This document shows positions 1 through 9,855 of a stretch of DNA of 64,000 nucleotides, piece after piece. The stretch comes from an uncultured Flavobacteriaceae bacterium (GTDB lineage: Bacteria; Bacteroidota; Bacteroidia; Flavobacteriales; Flavobacteriaceae), in the NCBI GenBank assembly GCA_938011315.1, contig CALLUG010000009.1, positions 6,130-70,129 on the forward strand, given 5' to 3'. The translations under genes were made by a program, and so were the position numbers. The first letter of the stretch is position 1. The number at the start of each line of letters is the position of its first letter. Under the pieces are notes generated by a model. It was not told where the DNA came from, searched no databases, and worked only from the letters and a program-made list of their open reading frames with translations.

Positions 1-456
1 GAACAGGTTTCAGACCCAGAAATCCCTGTACTATCTATTATGGATATGGGGGTGGTGCGTTCTGCAACGATTAGTGATAAAAAAGAAGTAAAACTCCAAA
101 TTACACCTACTTACAGTGGCTGTCCAGCAATGGATGTTATAGGCGACGATATAAAAACAATACTAAACAAAGCAGGGTATAATGCTCATATAGAGTTAGT
201 ACTTGCACCCGCATGGACTACCGATTGGATTACACCAAAAGGACGAAAAGCTCTCGAAACCTATGGTATTGCTGCACCACTAGAAGCCAATGCAGACAAA
301 GAAGTCTTGCTAAATGGAAAGCGTATGGTAAAATGTACCAATTGCAAATCTCAAAATACACGACTAGTAAGCCAGTTTGGGTCGACAGCCTGTAAAGCAC
401 AGTTTCAGTGTAACGACTGCCTAGAACCTTTTGATTATTTTAAATGTTTGAAATGA
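1..456 (+). CDS. paaD: 1,2-phenylacetyl-CoA epoxidase subunit PaaD (5' end cut by window edge)
   Basis: Frame 1 is open from nt 1 (EQVSDPEIPVLSIMDMGVV...), so the gene starts upstream of the window. It has a DUF59-like DPEIP..SI.DMG N-terminal region and C-terminal Cys pairs (CTNCKS ... CNDC), as in PaaD. It heads a paa gene array. Confidence 0.8.
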   Translation, partial: EQVSDPEIPVLSIMDMGVVRSATISDKKEVKLQITPTYSGCPAMDVIGDDIKTILNKAGYNAHIELVLAPAWTTDWITPKGRKALETYGIAAPLEANADKEVLLNGKRMVKCTNCKSQNTRLVSQFGSTACKAQFQCNDCLEPFDYFKCLK

Positions 457-506
457 AATTGCATAAGCTTATGTTTTGTATAATTTTTAAAAAATACCAA
501 AAGTAA

Positions 507-680
507 ATGACAGTAAAAGAAGCTATTTTAAAAGTATTAGAGGATAATGTTGGTTCCTTTACATATTTAGAAATACTAAAAATGATTGATACTAAAAATT
601 ACTATAATTGGGAAAACTCAAAAACACCATCAGCAACAGTATCTGCTCAATTAGGAAGTTTTATTAGACATAACGACTAA
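507..680 (+). CDS. 57-aa stand-alone HARE-HTH / winged-helix-like small protein (below ORF-track size cutoff)
   Basis: Hand translation gives ATG at 507 and TAA at 678-680: MTVKEAILKVLEDNVGSFTYLEILKMIDTKNYYNWENSKTPSATVSAQLGSFIRHND. The pattern (A..VL......T..EI...I........KTP..T..AQL...I) resembles HARE-HTH domains. It fills an otherwise empty 260-nt gap. Confidence 0.45.
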   Translation: MTVKEAILKVLEDNVGSFTYLEILKMIDTKNYYNWENSKTPSATVSAQLGSFIRHND

Positions 681-716
681 CACCAAAAATATTTTTATTA
701 AGAATAAAACAACCTC

Positions 717-1502
717 ATGAACACAAACTCAATTCTTTTAAAACTTGAACATCAAGTAGCCTATATAACGCTCAATAGACCCAAGGCGTTTAATAGTTTT
801 AACACAGAGATGGCACTTTCACTTCAAGAAACTCTAGATCATTGTGAACATAACAACTTGGTAAGGGCAATAGTGCTAACAGGTAGCGGAAAAGCATTTT
901 GCGCAGGTCAAGACTTAAAAGAAGTGACAGACCCAAACACTAACCCTGGATTTAAAACAATATTAGAAGCTCATTATAATCCAATAATTAAAAAATTACG
1001 CACCATAAAAAAGCCCATTATAGCTGCTGTAAATGGAGTTGCCGCAGGTGCAGGAGCCAATATAGCATTAGCTTGCGATATAGTGGTAGCACACGATCGT
1101 GTAAATTTTATTCAAGCCTTTAGCTTAATAGGCTTAGTTCCAGACAGCGGAGGTACCTTTTTTTTGCCACGCTTAGTAGGATTTCAAAAAGCCTTAGCCT
1201 TAGCAATGTTAGGCGATACAATTGCAGCAACAGAAGCAGAACGCTTAGGAATGATTTATAAATGCATGTCCTTAGAGAATTTTGAAAATGAGGTTCAACA
1301 ACTAGCATTAAAACTAGCCAATATGCCAACAAAAGCCCTCGGGATGATTAAAACATTGTTCAATCAATCAGTTACAAATACTCTTAATCAACAACTAGAC
1401 CTAGAAGCTGAGTTGCAAATAGAAGCAGCACAAACCAACGACTATGCAGAAGGAGTCGCTGCATTTATAGAAAAACGCAAACCAAACTTTAAAGGAAATT
1501 AA
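717..1502 (+). CDS. paaG: 2-(1,2-epoxy-1,2-dihydrophenyl)acetyl-CoA isomerase (crotonase family, PaaG)
   Basis: 261 aa with end-to-end resemblance to E. coli PaaG as I recall it (LNRP..FNSF, GKAFCAGQDL, AAVNGVAAGAGANIALACDI, GLVPDSGGT, DYAEGVAAFIEKRKPNF). Confidence 0.85.
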   Translation: MNTNSILLKLEHQVAYITLNRPKAFNSFNTEMALSLQETLDHCEHNNLVRAIVLTGSGKAFCAGQDLKEVTDPNTNPGFKTILEAHYNPIIKKLRTIKKPIIAAVNGVAAGAGANIALACDIVVAHDRVNFIQAFSLIGLVPDSGGTFFLPRLVGFQKALALAMLGDTIAATEAERLGMIYKCMSLENFENEVQQLALKLANMPTKALGMIKTLFNQSVTNTLNQQLDLEAELQIEAAQTNDYAEGVAAFIEKRKPNFKGN

Positions 1503-1521
1503 TAGCTTAGCACTACAACGC

Positions 1522-2739
1522 ATGAGTAACAATAAAATAACAAGCCCAATACAATCTCTAAAAAACCTTAACGTAGGCATTATAGGTAGCGGAACTATGG
1601 GTAGTGGCATTGCACAAGTAGCAGCAACATCTGGCTGCTCGGTAAAACTATACGACGCAAATAAAGAGGCACTACGTAAAGCAGAAACCACTCTCGATAA
1701 AATACTATCACGCCTAGTGCAAAAAGGCCGTATTGATGCTCCCGAAAAATTAAGGATACAAAACAACATAACCTACGTAACGCAACTTAAAGCCTTATCA
1801 ACTTCGAACTTGGTTATTGAAGCTATTATTGAAAACTTAGAAATTAAAAAAAAGGTGTTTTCAGAATTGGAAACTTATGTACCTAACCACTGTATTATTG
1901 CTTCAAACACCTCTAGCCTGTCTATAGCCTCCATAGCCTCGGCATTAAAAAATCCGGAGCGCTGTATCGGAATTCATTTTTTTAACCCAGCACCCTTAAT
2001 GCGATTAGTTGAGGTAATTCCTGCAATACAAACCAAACCCCAAGTACTCCAAGATACTACAGAAATAATAACCAACTGGAACAAAACAGTTGCAGTAGCT
2101 AAAGATACCCCTGGCTTTATTGTAAACCGAGTTGCACGACCTTTTTATGGAGAAGCCTTACGGATTTATGAAGAAGGACTAGCCGATTTTGCAACGATAG
2201 ACCATAGCTTAAAATCCCTAGGGGGATTTCGTATGGGACCATTTGAACTTATGGACTTTATAGGAAATGATGTTAATTATACCGTTACAGAAACAGTATT
2301 TACAGCGTTTTATTTTGATCCAAGATACAAGCCTTCGTTTACACAAAAACGTTTTTCTGAAGCAGGATATTTAGGGCGAAAATCGGGTATAGGCTATTAC
2401 AAATATGATGCTAATGGAAAAAAAATAGAAGATCATACAATAAGCCCACCGATAGTTAGCGATACTTTAAAAACGCAAATTTTCAATAGAGTTTTAATAA
2501 TGCTCATTAATGAAGCCGCAGACGCTTTGTTTTTAAACATAGCCTCTGCAAAAGACATAGATAATGCTATGGTCAAAGGTGTTAACTACCCTAAGGGACT
2601 CCTAGCTTGGGCAGATCAAAAAGGCATAACTTACTGTGTTACTGAGCTAGATAAATTGTACAACGAGTATCACGAAGACCGCTACAGGTGTAGCCCATTA
2701 CTTCGTAAAATGGCTAAAGAGCATAAAACTTTTTTTTAG
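1522..2739 (+). CDS. paaH: 3-hydroxyacyl-CoA (3-hydroxyadipyl-CoA) dehydrogenase
   Basis: N-terminal Rossmann motif IIGSGTMGSGIA and 3-hydroxyacyl-CoA dehydrogenase N- and C-terminal domain pattern. Located between paaG and paaI. Confidence 0.8.
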   Translation: MSNNKITSPIQSLKNLNVGIIGSGTMGSGIAQVAATSGCSVKLYDANKEALRKAETTLDKILSRLVQKGRIDAPEKLRIQNNITYVTQLKALSTSNLVIEAIIENLEIKKKVFSELETYVPNHCIIASNTSSLSIASIASALKNPERCIGIHFFNPAPLMRLVEVIPAIQTKPQVLQDTTEIITNWNKTVAVAKDTPGFIVNRVARPFYGEALRIYEEGLADFATIDHSLKSLGGFRMGPFELMDFIGNDVNYTVTETVFTAFYFDPRYKPSFTQKRFSEAGYLGRKSGIGYYKYDANGKKIEDHTISPPIVSDTLKTQIFNRVLIMLINEAADALFLNIASAKDIDNAMVKGVNYPKGLLAWADQKGITYCVTELDKLYNEYHEDRYRCSPLLRKMAKEHKTFF

Positions 2740-3147
2740 ATGAAGGGCGAGCAAATTCCATACAAAATGCTATCGCAAGACCCCTATAGTACATGGTTAG
2801 GGATTAAAATTATAGACTGCGAAATTGGACGTTGTAAAGTAGGCTTAACCATAACAAAAAACATGCTAAATAGTATGAACAAAGCCCATGGAGGCATAAG
2901 TTATGCCTTAGCCGATACAGCCTTTGGATTTGCAGCCAATACCCATGGTAAATATGCCGTTTCTATAGAGACGAGTATTAATCACATTAAAGCGTTAGAT
3001 GAAGGCGATTACTTAGTGGCAGAATCTGTTATAGAACAAGTAAATAATAAATTAGGCTTTAATATTATAGAAGTTAGACGCGGAGAAGAATTAGTAGCTC
3101 TTTTTAAAGGTGTCGTGTATCGTACCCAAAAAGATTGGAAAGAATAA
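2740..3147 (+). CDS. paaI: hydroxyphenylacetyl-CoA thioesterase, hotdog fold (PaaI)
   Basis: 135 aa with the PaaI/4HBT-type motif NKAHGGISYALADTAFG. The ATG directly follows the paaH stop codon. Confidence 0.8.
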   Translation: MKGEQIPYKMLSQDPYSTWLGIKIIDCEIGRCKVGLTITKNMLNSMNKAHGGISYALADTAFGFAANTHGKYAVSIETSINHIKALDEGDYLVAESVIEQVNNKLGFNIIEVRRGEELVALFKGVVYRTQKDWKE

Positions 3148-3202
3148 CCAAGTGAATAACTAAACCGTATAAAGATTAAATAAAACAGTAAAAAAAGGGA
3201 AT

Positions 3203-4414
3203 ATGGAAGCATACATTATAGATGGCATAAGAACCCCAATAGGAAATTATAAAGGCACACTATCTACAATTCGTACAGACGACTTAGGTGCTATTGTGAT
3301 AGAAGAATTAGTAAAGCGCAACCCAAATATTCCAAAAGAAGCTTACGATGATGTTATTATGGGCTGTGCTAACCAAGCAGGAGAAGACAATCGCAATGTA
3401 GCAAGAATGTGTGCATTGCTTGCAGGATTGCCTTTTACAGTCCCCGGCGAAACCGTAAACCGATTATGTAGTTCGGGCTTATCAGCAATAATCCATGCCA
3501 ATAGAGCTATAAAAGCAGGCGATGGAGAACTATTTATTTCTGGAGGTGTAGAGAACATGACTCGTGGACCTTATGTTATGGCAAAACCATCTACAGCTTT
3601 TGGGAGCGATGCTAAAATGTACGACTCTACTTTTGGCTGGCGTTTTATAAACCCAAAAATGCAACAACGATACGGCACTGATGGTATGGGGAATACAGCC
3701 GAAAATCTTGTAGAAAAATACAACATATCCAGACAAGATCAAGATAAATTTGCCTATTGGAGTCAAATGAAAGCAGCAAAAGCTCAAAAAAATGGGAGAT
3801 TAGCAAAAGAAATAATTAACGTTCAAATTCCACAACGTAAAAAAGAGGCAATTCAATTTTCTAACGATGAGTTTATAAAGCCAAACACATCGCTAGAGGT
3901 TTTAGCAAAACTAAGAGCAGCTTTTAAAAAAGAGAATGGAAGCGTAACCGCAGGAAACTCCTCAGGACTAAACGATGGAGCAGCAGCTACAATTATAGCT
4001 TCACAAACCGCAGTAAATACATACAAATTACAGCCACTAGCACGAATAGTAAGCTCCGCAGTAGTTGGTGTAGAACCTCGAATAATGGGTATAGGCCCTG
4101 TATATGCCTCTAATAAAGCCTTGCAAAAAGCAGGATTAACCATGAACGATATGGATGTTATAGAGCTTAACGAAGCCTTTGCCGCTCAGGCTTTGGCTTG
4201 TACCAGGGCTTGGGGTCTAGCAGACAATGATCCAAGGCTAAACCCTAATGGAGGTGCAATTGCTATTGGCCACCCACTAGGAGTAACTGGAACAAGAATT
4301 GCTTACTCGGCAGCTTTAGAACTGAAAGCGCAAAATAAAAAATATGCCCTAATAACTATGTGTGTAGGTGTAGGTCAAGGTTATGCAGCAATTATAGAAA
4401 ACGTAACTCTCTAA
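3203..4414 (+). CDS. paaJ: 3-oxoadipyl-CoA / 3-oxo-5,6-dehydrosuberyl-CoA thiolase
   Basis: Thiolase signatures: acyl-Cys context NRLCSSGL, NPNGGAIAIGHPLGVTG, and C-terminal CVGVGQG. 403 aa. Confidence 0.85.
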   Translation: MEAYIIDGIRTPIGNYKGTLSTIRTDDLGAIVIEELVKRNPNIPKEAYDDVIMGCANQAGEDNRNVARMCALLAGLPFTVPGETVNRLCSSGLSAIIHANRAIKAGDGELFISGGVENMTRGPYVMAKPSTAFGSDAKMYDSTFGWRFINPKMQQRYGTDGMGNTAENLVEKYNISRQDQDKFAYWSQMKAAKAQKNGRLAKEIINVQIPQRKKEAIQFSNDEFIKPNTSLEVLAKLRAAFKKENGSVTAGNSSGLNDGAAATIIASQTAVNTYKLQPLARIVSSAVVGVEPRIMGIGPVYASNKALQKAGLTMNDMDVIELNEAFAAQALACTRAWGLADNDPRLNPNGGAIAIGHPLGVTGTRIAYSAALELKAQNKKYALITMCVGVGQGYAAIIENVTL

Positions 4415-4502
4415 AAAATAAAAATCATCAATGACAAATTGGAAAACTATAAAATAGAATTTCAAAAATAAAAAAAGAGTAATCAAACATTTTAGATAAT
4501 AT

Positions 4503-7004
4503 ATGATTAGTAAGATTGAGCACTACGTCCAAGGACAATGGACACAAGGCAAGGAAGAAGGCTTGCCAATACAAGATGCAGTTACAGGCAAAACATTTAC
4601 AAGTGTTGCCACAGAAGGCTTAGATATTCCGGAAATATTAAATTATGGAAGAACAAAAGGGGGCGAAATACTCCGTAAAATGACATTTCAAGAACGAGGT
4701 AATATGCTTAAAAGTTTAGCATTATACCTTAACAAGCGTAAAAATGATTTTTACGAATTAAGCTACAAAACAGGAGCTACAAAAATAGATAGTTGGATTG
4801 ATATTGAAGGTGGATTTGGAAATTTGTTTGCCAACGCATCCTTAAGAAAATTATTTCCCAACCAAACTTATCATGTCGAAGGAGATCCTATCGATTTATC
4901 GCGTGGAGGTCGTTTTATGGCACATCATATTATGGTGCCAAAACGAGGAGTTGCCGTACACATTAACGCATTTAACTTCCCTGTTTGGGGAATGCTAGAA
5001 AAATGCGCAGTAAATTGGATGGCGGGCGTTCCAGCAGTCGTATTACCCGCACCTTCATCCTCATATTTAGCAGAAGCAGTTGCAAAGCAAATAATAACCT
5101 CAGGTATTTTGCCAGAGGGTGCTTTACAAATTATAAACGGAACAATCCCTAACATCCTAGATACCCTAAACTCGCAAGATGTTGTAACGTTTACGGGATC
5201 AGCAAAAACAGGACGTTTGCTAAAAGCACATCCAAGGCTTATTAACGAAGCAGTCCCTTTTACAATGGAAGCTGATTCGCTAAACGCCTCAATTTTAGGA
5301 GAAGATGCAACCCCTGGAACACCAGAGTTCGACCTGTTTATTAAAGAAGTGAGAAAAGAAATGACTGTTAAGGCAGGTCAAAAGTGCACAGCCATACGTC
5401 GAATTATTGTTCCAGAAAACTTAATTGAAGCAGTACAAACCTCATTAAGCAAAGCTCTAGACAAAATTACAATTGGAGATCCTAGACTTAAAGAAGTCCG
5501 TATGGGAGCATTAATTAGTAAACAACAAGTTGAAGCCATTAAGAACTCAGTAGCAGACTTAACAAAAGAAGCACACATTGTTTATGGTAACTTAGACCAA
5601 GTAAAAACCATTGGAGCAGATGCCAAAAAAGGCGCTTTTGTAAGTCCTGTACTATTGAGAACAGATAAACCCTTTGAGAACACAATCGTTCACGAACGTG
5701 AAGCATTTGGTCCTGTAAGTACCCTTATGCCCTACGAAAATTTAGACCAAGCAATTACATTAGCACAAATGGGCAAGGGCTCTTTAGTATCGTCTATTGC
5801 CACTAATAACGACGATATTGCAAAGGCGTATGTCGTCAATGCGGCAAGCCACCACGGGCGTATTTTAGTAATTAATCGTGATATGGCTAAAGAAAGTACA
5901 GGACATGGTTCACCATTACCAAGCTTAGTCCACGGAGGACCAGGACGTGCTGGTGGCGGCGAAGAAATGGGAGGAATGCGAGGTATAAAGCATTACTTAC
6001 AGCGCACTGCCATACAAGGATCGCCAACCACACTAACAGAAATTACAGGCATCTATCAAGCCAAGGCAGCTTATAAAGAGGCAGAAATGCACCCATTTAA
6101 GTACCACTGGGAAGATATCAAGCCAGGGATGTCTATCAAAACGCACAAACGCACACTTACCGATACAGACATTATTAATTTTGCAAATGTTACTTGGGAC
6201 CATTTCTATGCTCATACGGATATAACCTCTTTAGATGGAAGTATTTTTGAAAAACGAACAGCCCACGGGTATTTTATTATCTCTGCAGCAGCGGGATTGT
6301 TTGTATATCCTAACAAAGGCCCTGTATCTGCAAACTACGGATTAGAAGAGTGCCGGTTTTTGCGACCCTTGTACCATAATGATACTATTTATGTTCGATT
6401 GACTTGTAAACAAAAAATAGATAGGGATGTTGCTTCGGCAGAACACCCTAGCGGAATTGTAAAATGGTTTGTAGAAATATTTGATGCTGAAAATGAACTG
6501 GTAGCAGTCGCAACGATTTTAACTATGGTACAGAAAAAGCAAAATGTTTTTGTTGAAATGACACAAGAAAAAATAGAGGACTGCTTAAATAAATTGAAAG
6601 AAAATGCTACCCCCAAATGGGGTGTAATGACCGCGCAACATATGATAGAGCATCTAGAGTTCACCTATAAAATTGCTTCTGGAGAATATCAAGATTTTGA
6701 AATTGCAACCCCACAAAAAATTTTAGATAAAGTGCATCACAGTCTTTATAATTATGAAAAGTTCCCTAAAAACTCTAATTTTCCCTTATTAGAAAAAAAT
6801 CAATTAGACCCTTTAAAACATCTAGATTTAAAAACAGCGATTGACAACTTTAAAGCACAAAGAGAAAAATACCTACAGTACTATAAAGCAAATCCTAACG
6901 CCACATTAAAAAATCTTGTTTTTGGAAACTTAAACAAATATGAATCATATTTGTTAGAACGAAAGCATTTAAACCATCACTTTGAACAATTTAATTTATT
7001 GTAA
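4503..7004 (+). CDS. paaZ: bifunctional oxepin-CoA hydrolase / 3-oxo-5,6-dehydrosuberyl-CoA semialdehyde dehydrogenase PaaZ with an extra C-terminal DinB/DUF1569-like domain
   Basis: ALDH domain with catalytic contexts FTMEADS and GQKCTAIRR. MaoC-like hotdog hydratase domain at about aa 530-680 (WDHFYAHTD). An additional 148-aa tail starts at M686 (nt 6558). Confidence 0.85.
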   Translation: MISKIEHYVQGQWTQGKEEGLPIQDAVTGKTFTSVATEGLDIPEILNYGRTKGGEILRKMTFQERGNMLKSLALYLNKRKNDFYELSYKTGATKIDSWIDIEGGFGNLFANASLRKLFPNQTYHVEGDPIDLSRGGRFMAHHIMVPKRGVAVHINAFNFPVWGMLEKCAVNWMAGVPAVVLPAPSSSYLAEAVAKQIITSGILPEGALQIINGTIPNILDTLNSQDVVTFTGSAKTGRLLKAHPRLINEAVPFTMEADSLNASILGEDATPGTPEFDLFIKEVRKEMTVKAGQKCTAIRRIIVPENLIEAVQTSLSKALDKITIGDPRLKEVRMGALISKQQVEAIKNSVADLTKEAHIVYGNLDQVKTIGADAKKGAFVSPVLLRTDKPFENTIVHEREAFGPVSTLMPYENLDQAITLAQMGKGSLVSSIATNNDDIAKAYVVNAASHHGRILVINRDMAKESTGHGSPLPSLVHGGPGRAGGGEEMGGMRGIKHYLQRTAIQGSPTTLTEITGIYQAKAAYKEAEMHPFKYHWEDIKPGMSIKTHKRTLTDTDIINFANVTWDHFYAHTDITSLDGSIFEKRTAHGYFIISAAAGLFVYPNKGPVSANYGLEECRFLRPLYHNDTIYVRLTCKQKIDRDVASAEHPSGIVKWFVEIFDAENELVAVATILTMVQKKQNVFVEMTQEKIEDCLNKLKENATPKWGVMTAQHMIEHLEFTYKIASGEYQDFEIATPQKILDKVHHSLYNYEKFPKNSNFPLLEKNQLDPLKHLDLKTAIDNFKAQREKYLQYYKANPNATLKNLVFGNLNKYESYLLERKHLNHHFEQFNLL

Positions 7005-7099
7005 AAAACATTTCCAGTATAGATATAATCAAGAATAGTATTTGTATATTGAAATTAAAAAATAAAGTAAAAAATCGTTTTATAAAACGCATAGCTATA

Positions 7100-7852
7100 A
7101 TGACAGACCCATACGTAAGCATAAATATAGAAAACGAAGTAGGATACATCGAGTTTTTTCACCCTGCACACAATTCGTTACCAGGCAATATACTAACAAC
7201 ATTAGCACAAACAATAACACAGGCAGGGTTAAATAAAGCCATAAAAGTGATTGTGCTTAAAAGCGGAAAAGACAGAACCTTTTGCGCTGGAGCAAGCTTT
7301 AAAGAATTAATTAATATTGACGATAAAGCCACAGGAAAAATCTTTTTTTCTGGCTTTGCTAAAGTCATTAATGCGATGCGCAAATGCCCAAAATTTATTA
7401 TCGGACGCATACAAGGTAAAACTGTTGGAGGAGGAGTAGGTTTAGCAGCATCCACAGATTATTGTATGGCATCAAAATTTGCAGCCATTAAGTTAAGTGA
7501 GTTAAATATAGGAATAGGTCCCTTTGTGGTTGGGCCAGCAATAGAGCGTAAAATAGGATTAAGCGCTATGTCGCAAATAGCAATAGACGCCAATACCTTT
7601 TATTCTGCCGAATGGGCAAAACAAAAAGGACTGTTTACACAGGTTTATGAAAGTAATGAAGCATTAGACTCGGCCGTAAAAACAACAGCAGAGCATTTGT
7701 GTACTTATAATCCAGAAGCAATGCGGGAGATGAAAAAAGTATTTTGGCAAGGCACAGACCATTGGGACGATTTATTGGCAAAACGTGCTGCTATTAGTGG
7801 TGAGTTAGTGCTTTCAGAATTTACAAAACAAAAATTAAAAGGATTTAAGTAG
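7100..7852 (+). CDS. enoyl-CoA hydratase/isomerase family protein (second crotonase of the cluster)
   Basis: Crotonase fold (FCAGASFKE, GKTVGGGVGLAASTDY, SELNIGIGP). The ORF track starts at TTG 7049, but the first ATG at 7100 (MTDPYVSINIENEVGYI) gives a normal crotonase N-terminus. Confidence 0.7.
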   Translation: MTDPYVSINIENEVGYIEFFHPAHNSLPGNILTTLAQTITQAGLNKAIKVIVLKSGKDRTFCAGASFKELINIDDKATGKIFFSGFAKVINAMRKCPKFIIGRIQGKTVGGGVGLAASTDYCMASKFAAIKLSELNIGIGPFVVGPAIERKIGLSAMSQIAIDANTFYSAEWAKQKGLFTQVYESNEALDSAVKTTAEHLCTYNPEAMREMKKVFWQGTDHWDDLLAKRAAISGELVLSEFTKQKLKGFK

Positions 7853-7890
7853 TCGTCTTTTATAACGATAAACGATGTGCGAACAATATT

Positions 7891-8487
7891 ATGATTTATA
7901 GTTTTAAAAAATACATTCCAGTGGTTCACAAATCCAGTTTTGTACATCCCTTAGCGGCAGTAACGGGTAATGTTATTATTGGTAAAGACTGTTATGTGGG
8001 GCCTGGTGCTGCCATTCGTGGCGATTGGGGACAAATTATCCTAGAAGACGGTGTTAATGTGCAAGAAAATTGTACTGTACATATGTTTCCTGGAAAATCA
8101 ATATGCTTAAAATCGAGTGCGCATATTGGGCATGGTGCCATTATTCATGGTGCTAATTTAGGGCGTAATTGCCTTATTGGGATGAATGCCGTAATAATGG
8201 ATGATGCCTTAATTGGCGATGAGTGTATTATCGGCGCAATGACTTTTGTAAAAGCAGAAACTAAAATACCAAAGCGAAGTCTAGTTGTTGGTAATCCTGC
8301 CAAAATCATAAAACAAGTAAGTGACGAAATGATTGCTTGGAAAACAAAAGGAACACAACTTTACCAACAATTACCAAAAGACTGTCACGAGAGCCTAAAA
8401 GAAGTAAAGCCCTTACGAGACATCCCTGAACAAATGACACTACAAGACGATATGTATCATACACTTCGTGAATTTATGAAAAAATAA
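7891..8487 (+). CDS. paaY: hexapeptide-repeat (gamma-carbonic-anhydrase-like) protein PaaY
   Basis: 198 aa with left-handed beta-helix hexapeptide repeats (GKDCYVGPGAAIRGD..., HIGHGAIIHGANLG...). Paa-cluster context. Confidence 0.8.
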   Translation: MIYSFKKYIPVVHKSSFVHPLAAVTGNVIIGKDCYVGPGAAIRGDWGQIILEDGVNVQENCTVHMFPGKSICLKSSAHIGHGAIIHGANLGRNCLIGMNAVIMDDALIGDECIIGAMTFVKAETKIPKRSLVVGNPAKIIKQVSDEMIAWKTKGTQLYQQLPKDCHESLKEVKPLRDIPEQMTLQDDMYHTLREFMKK

Positions 8488-8509
8488 TGATAAACCCTTA
8501 GTGAAAATA

Positions 8510-9805
8510 ATGCCAAAAGTAGAATTAAAAATGCCTAAAATGGGCGAGAGTATCACAGAAGGAACAATTATTAATTGGTTAATTAATGAGGGAGATGCTT
8601 TTGAAGAAGGCGATATTATTTTAGAAGTTGCTACAGACAAGGTCGACAACGAAGTACCTGCAACAGCAAACGGCACTTTAATAAAAACAATACATCAAGC
8701 AAAAGATGTTGTTGCAGTTGGAGAGGTTATTGCTATTTTAGAACTTTCTGAAAGCACAAGCCCTAAACCAAAACAAGACCGTAAAAAAGAAGTTACACCT
8801 AGTGTGCCTAAACTAAACCCTAAACCACCAAAATTAGCCATAAAAGAAGTGCCTGGACCTTTTAAGGTCTCCAATACAAATACATTTTTTTCCCCCTTAA
8901 TTCTTTCAATAGCAAAACAACAACACATAAGTTTTGAGGAACTAGCTCGAATTCCAGCAACAGGCAATGAAGGACGGTTACGCAAAAGTGATGTATTTCA
9001 ATATATAAATGAAGGACGCCCTTTCAAATTTGCCCAGCCAGTAGTACAAGCCGATCCTACAGCATATCGCATTCCGCAGTTGCATCTAAACAAAGGAAAA
9101 GGAAAAATAATAAAAATGGATCGTATGCGCCAAATGATAGCAGATCATATGGTGTATTCAAAGCATACCTCACCACATGTTACCGCCTATGTAGAAGCAG
9201 ATTTAACGAATATGGTAAACTGGCGAAATGCGAATAAAAAGCCATTTTTGGATAAGTATGGAGAGCGATTAACCTTTACACCTCTGTTTATTGAAGCAGT
9301 GGCAAAAGCTATAACAGATTTTCCTAATATAAATGCCTCGGTCGATGCTCATAATATTATTGTAAAACAAGAAATTAATATAGGCATGGCAACGGCATTA
9401 CCTAACGGAAATTTAATTGTTCCTGTGGTAAAAAATGCAGCGACTAAAAACCTACAAACATTAGCCGAAAATGTAAACGAACTTGCTCAAAAATCGAGAG
9501 AAAATAAATTAGTTGCAGACGATATAGGGGGGAGCACTTTTACAATTTCTAATGTAGGAACGTTTGGAAGCCTTATGGGTACACCAATAATTAATCAACC
9601 AGAAGTTGCTATTTTGGCTTTAGGTATTATAAAAAAGAGACCAGAAGTTATTGAAACCGAGCAAGGCGACGAAATTGCAATACGCAGTATGATGTATCTG
9701 TCCTTATCGTTTGACCACAGAGTTGTAGATGGCTTTTTAGGAGGGAGTTTTGTACGTCGTGTTGCAGATTATTTTGAGCAATTTGATGTTAATAGAAAGA
9801 TATAA
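8510..9805 (+). CDS. 2-oxoacid dehydrogenase complex E2 (dihydrolipoyl acyltransferase)
   Basis: Lipoyl domain with EVATDKVDNEVPA, a P/K-rich linker, a peripheral subunit-binding region, and the catalytic SFDHRVVDG motif. The ORF-track GTG is at 8501; the ATG at 8510 (MPKVELKMPKMGES) is preferred. Confidence 0.85.
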   Translation: MPKVELKMPKMGESITEGTIINWLINEGDAFEEGDIILEVATDKVDNEVPATANGTLIKTIHQAKDVVAVGEVIAILELSESTSPKPKQDRKKEVTPSVPKLNPKPPKLAIKEVPGPFKVSNTNTFFSPLILSIAKQQHISFEELARIPATGNEGRLRKSDVFQYINEGRPFKFAQPVVQADPTAYRIPQLHLNKGKGKIIKMDRMRQMIADHMVYSKHTSPHVTAYVEADLTNMVNWRNANKKPFLDKYGERLTFTPLFIEAVAKAITDFPNINASVDAHNIIVKQEINIGMATALPNGNLIVPVVKNAATKNLQTLAENVNELAQKSRENKLVADDIGGSTFTISNVGTFGSLMGTPIINQPEVAILALGIIKKRPEVIETEQGDEIAIRSMMYLSLSFDHRVVDGFLGGSFVRRVADYFEQFDVNRKI

Positions 9806-9855
9806 ATAATAAAAAGAGTAAAACCAAATTATAACTAAACACGCAATGCCTTAAT

